Below are positions 63,124-64,000 of a DNA stretch of 64,000 bases, piece by piece (the first letter of the stretch is position 1; each line of letters starts with the position of its first letter). The notes beneath the pieces are model-generated. The model searched no databases. It had not been told where the DNA came from and was given only the letters and a program-made list of their open reading frames with translations. The DNA lies in contig JBBRDO010000002.1 of NCBI GenBank assembly GCA_038203825.1, positions 34,617 to 98,616 of the forward strand, written 5' to 3'. The position numbers were made by a program, and so were the translations under genes. Source of the DNA: Chloroflexia bacterium. Its GTDB lineage: Bacteria > Chloroflexota > Chloroflexia > QHBQ01 > JADMIH01.

Positions 63124-64000
63124 TTGAAGGTACTCTTCACCAGCCAGCAAGGCTCCGGGCACTGGCACCCCCTGGTTCCCCTTGCTTTAGCCCTCAAGGA
63201 AAAAGGTCACGACGTGGCCTTCTCCTCCACGCCCGCAGTCGGCCCCGATATAATTGCCAACGGCTTTAGCTTCTTCCACGTCGGCGCTAACGAGAGCCCC
63301 GAAGTTGTCCGTGAGCGTCAGCAGCTGCAGGCCAAAAGTGAGCCTGGCGCGCACGGAAACTACATGCAGGAGTACGTGTTCGCCGGTGTCAGAGCCGAGC
63401 GCAACCTCCCCGACCTCCTGAATCTCATCAGCAACTGGCAACCTGACATACTTGTTAGGGAGAATACCGAGTACGCAGGCTATATCGCGGCCGAGAGCGC
63501 CCGCATACCCCATGCTGCCTTCCAGATTACCGCATTTCGTCCCCATCTAATAGACGTAGTAACCGAACCGCTCAACAGATTGCATGCGTCAGTCGGCTTG
63601 CCCGCCAACCACCACATTGATGCCCTCTACCGCTACCTCTTGCTTACGCCCCGCCCTCCCATCCTGTGGAACCCCGACGCCCCTATGCCACCCACCACTC
63701 ACGCTTTTCGCTACGCTGCGTTCAACCAGTCCGGCGAAGAAGCCCTACCCGGCTGGATCGCTCACATGCCGAAACAGCCTACGGTCTATGCCAGTCTTGG
63801 CACCGTCTTCAACCACATGACGGGCCTCCTCTCGTCTATTCTTGACGGTCTTCGCGACGAGCCCATCAACTTGATACTATCTGTTGGCCGCAATACCGAT
63901 CCCCAAACCTTTGGCAAGCAACCGCCGAACGTGCATATCGAACGCTACATCCCACAGAGCCTGCTCCTCCCCTACTGTGACCTGCTCGTTACCCAGGGAG
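63124..64000 (+). CDS. Glycosyltransferase family 1 (MGT/UDPGT-like), 3' end outside the window
   Basis: AAGGAG plus TTG; MKVLFTSQQGSGHWHPLVPLALALKEKGHDV, VYASLGT, NVHIERYIPQ..LL. Confidence 0.88.
   Translation, partial: MKVLFTSQQGSGHWHPLVPLALALKEKGHDVAFSSTPAVGPDIIANGFSFFHVGANESPEVVRERQQLQAKSEPGAHGNYMQEYVFAGVRAERNLPDLLNLISNWQPDILVRENTEYAGYIAAESARIPHAAFQITAFRPHLIDVVTEPLNRLHASVGLPANHHIDALYRYLLLTPRPPILWNPDAPMPPTTHAFRYAAFNQSGEEALPGWIAHMPKQPTVYASLGTVFNHMTGLLSSILDGLRDEPINLILSVGRNTDPQTFGKQPPNVHIERYIPQSLLLPYCDLLVTQG

Overview
GC-rich bacterial chromosomal window, most likely Chloroflexota (class Chloroflexia-like). This is inferred from the FPETG-type repeat protein, the Cys-containing SLH repeats and the RpoB/RpoC insertions. 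Most of it is housekeeping: rarA, infC (ATC start), leuS with a Leu T-box, tsaE-tsaB-rimI-tsaD, gpmI, dcd, rpoBC, aspS, a guaB-family gene, tRNA-Ala(GGC), glycosyltransferases and transporters. The most notable accessory part is 19.1-26.1 kb. (i) An 88-aa secreted precursor carries five ADSVNWS cores that differ only at synonymous sites; it has a strong RBS, its own terminator and a cluster of palindromic GTAGT/ACTAC-type boxes upstream, so it is a candidate multi-core peptide pheromone. (ii) A two-gene operon encodes a small Trypco1/CU044_2847-like protein and a single-pass receptor with a cytoplasmic CHAT (caspase-like) protease and an extracellular OppA-type peptide-binding domain. Other oddities are an aconitase fused to a SAM methyltransferase, a guaB homologue with GMP-reductase-like motifs, a purine-riboswitch-like leader before an NCS2 permease, a structured rpoB leader, a DAK2/glycine-zipper protein, a 1-Cys Tpx, an alpha/beta-hydrolase lacking its nucleophile and several apparently leaderless genes. 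No CRISPR array, transposase or integrase was seen. All family calls come from motif recognition by eye, not database searches.
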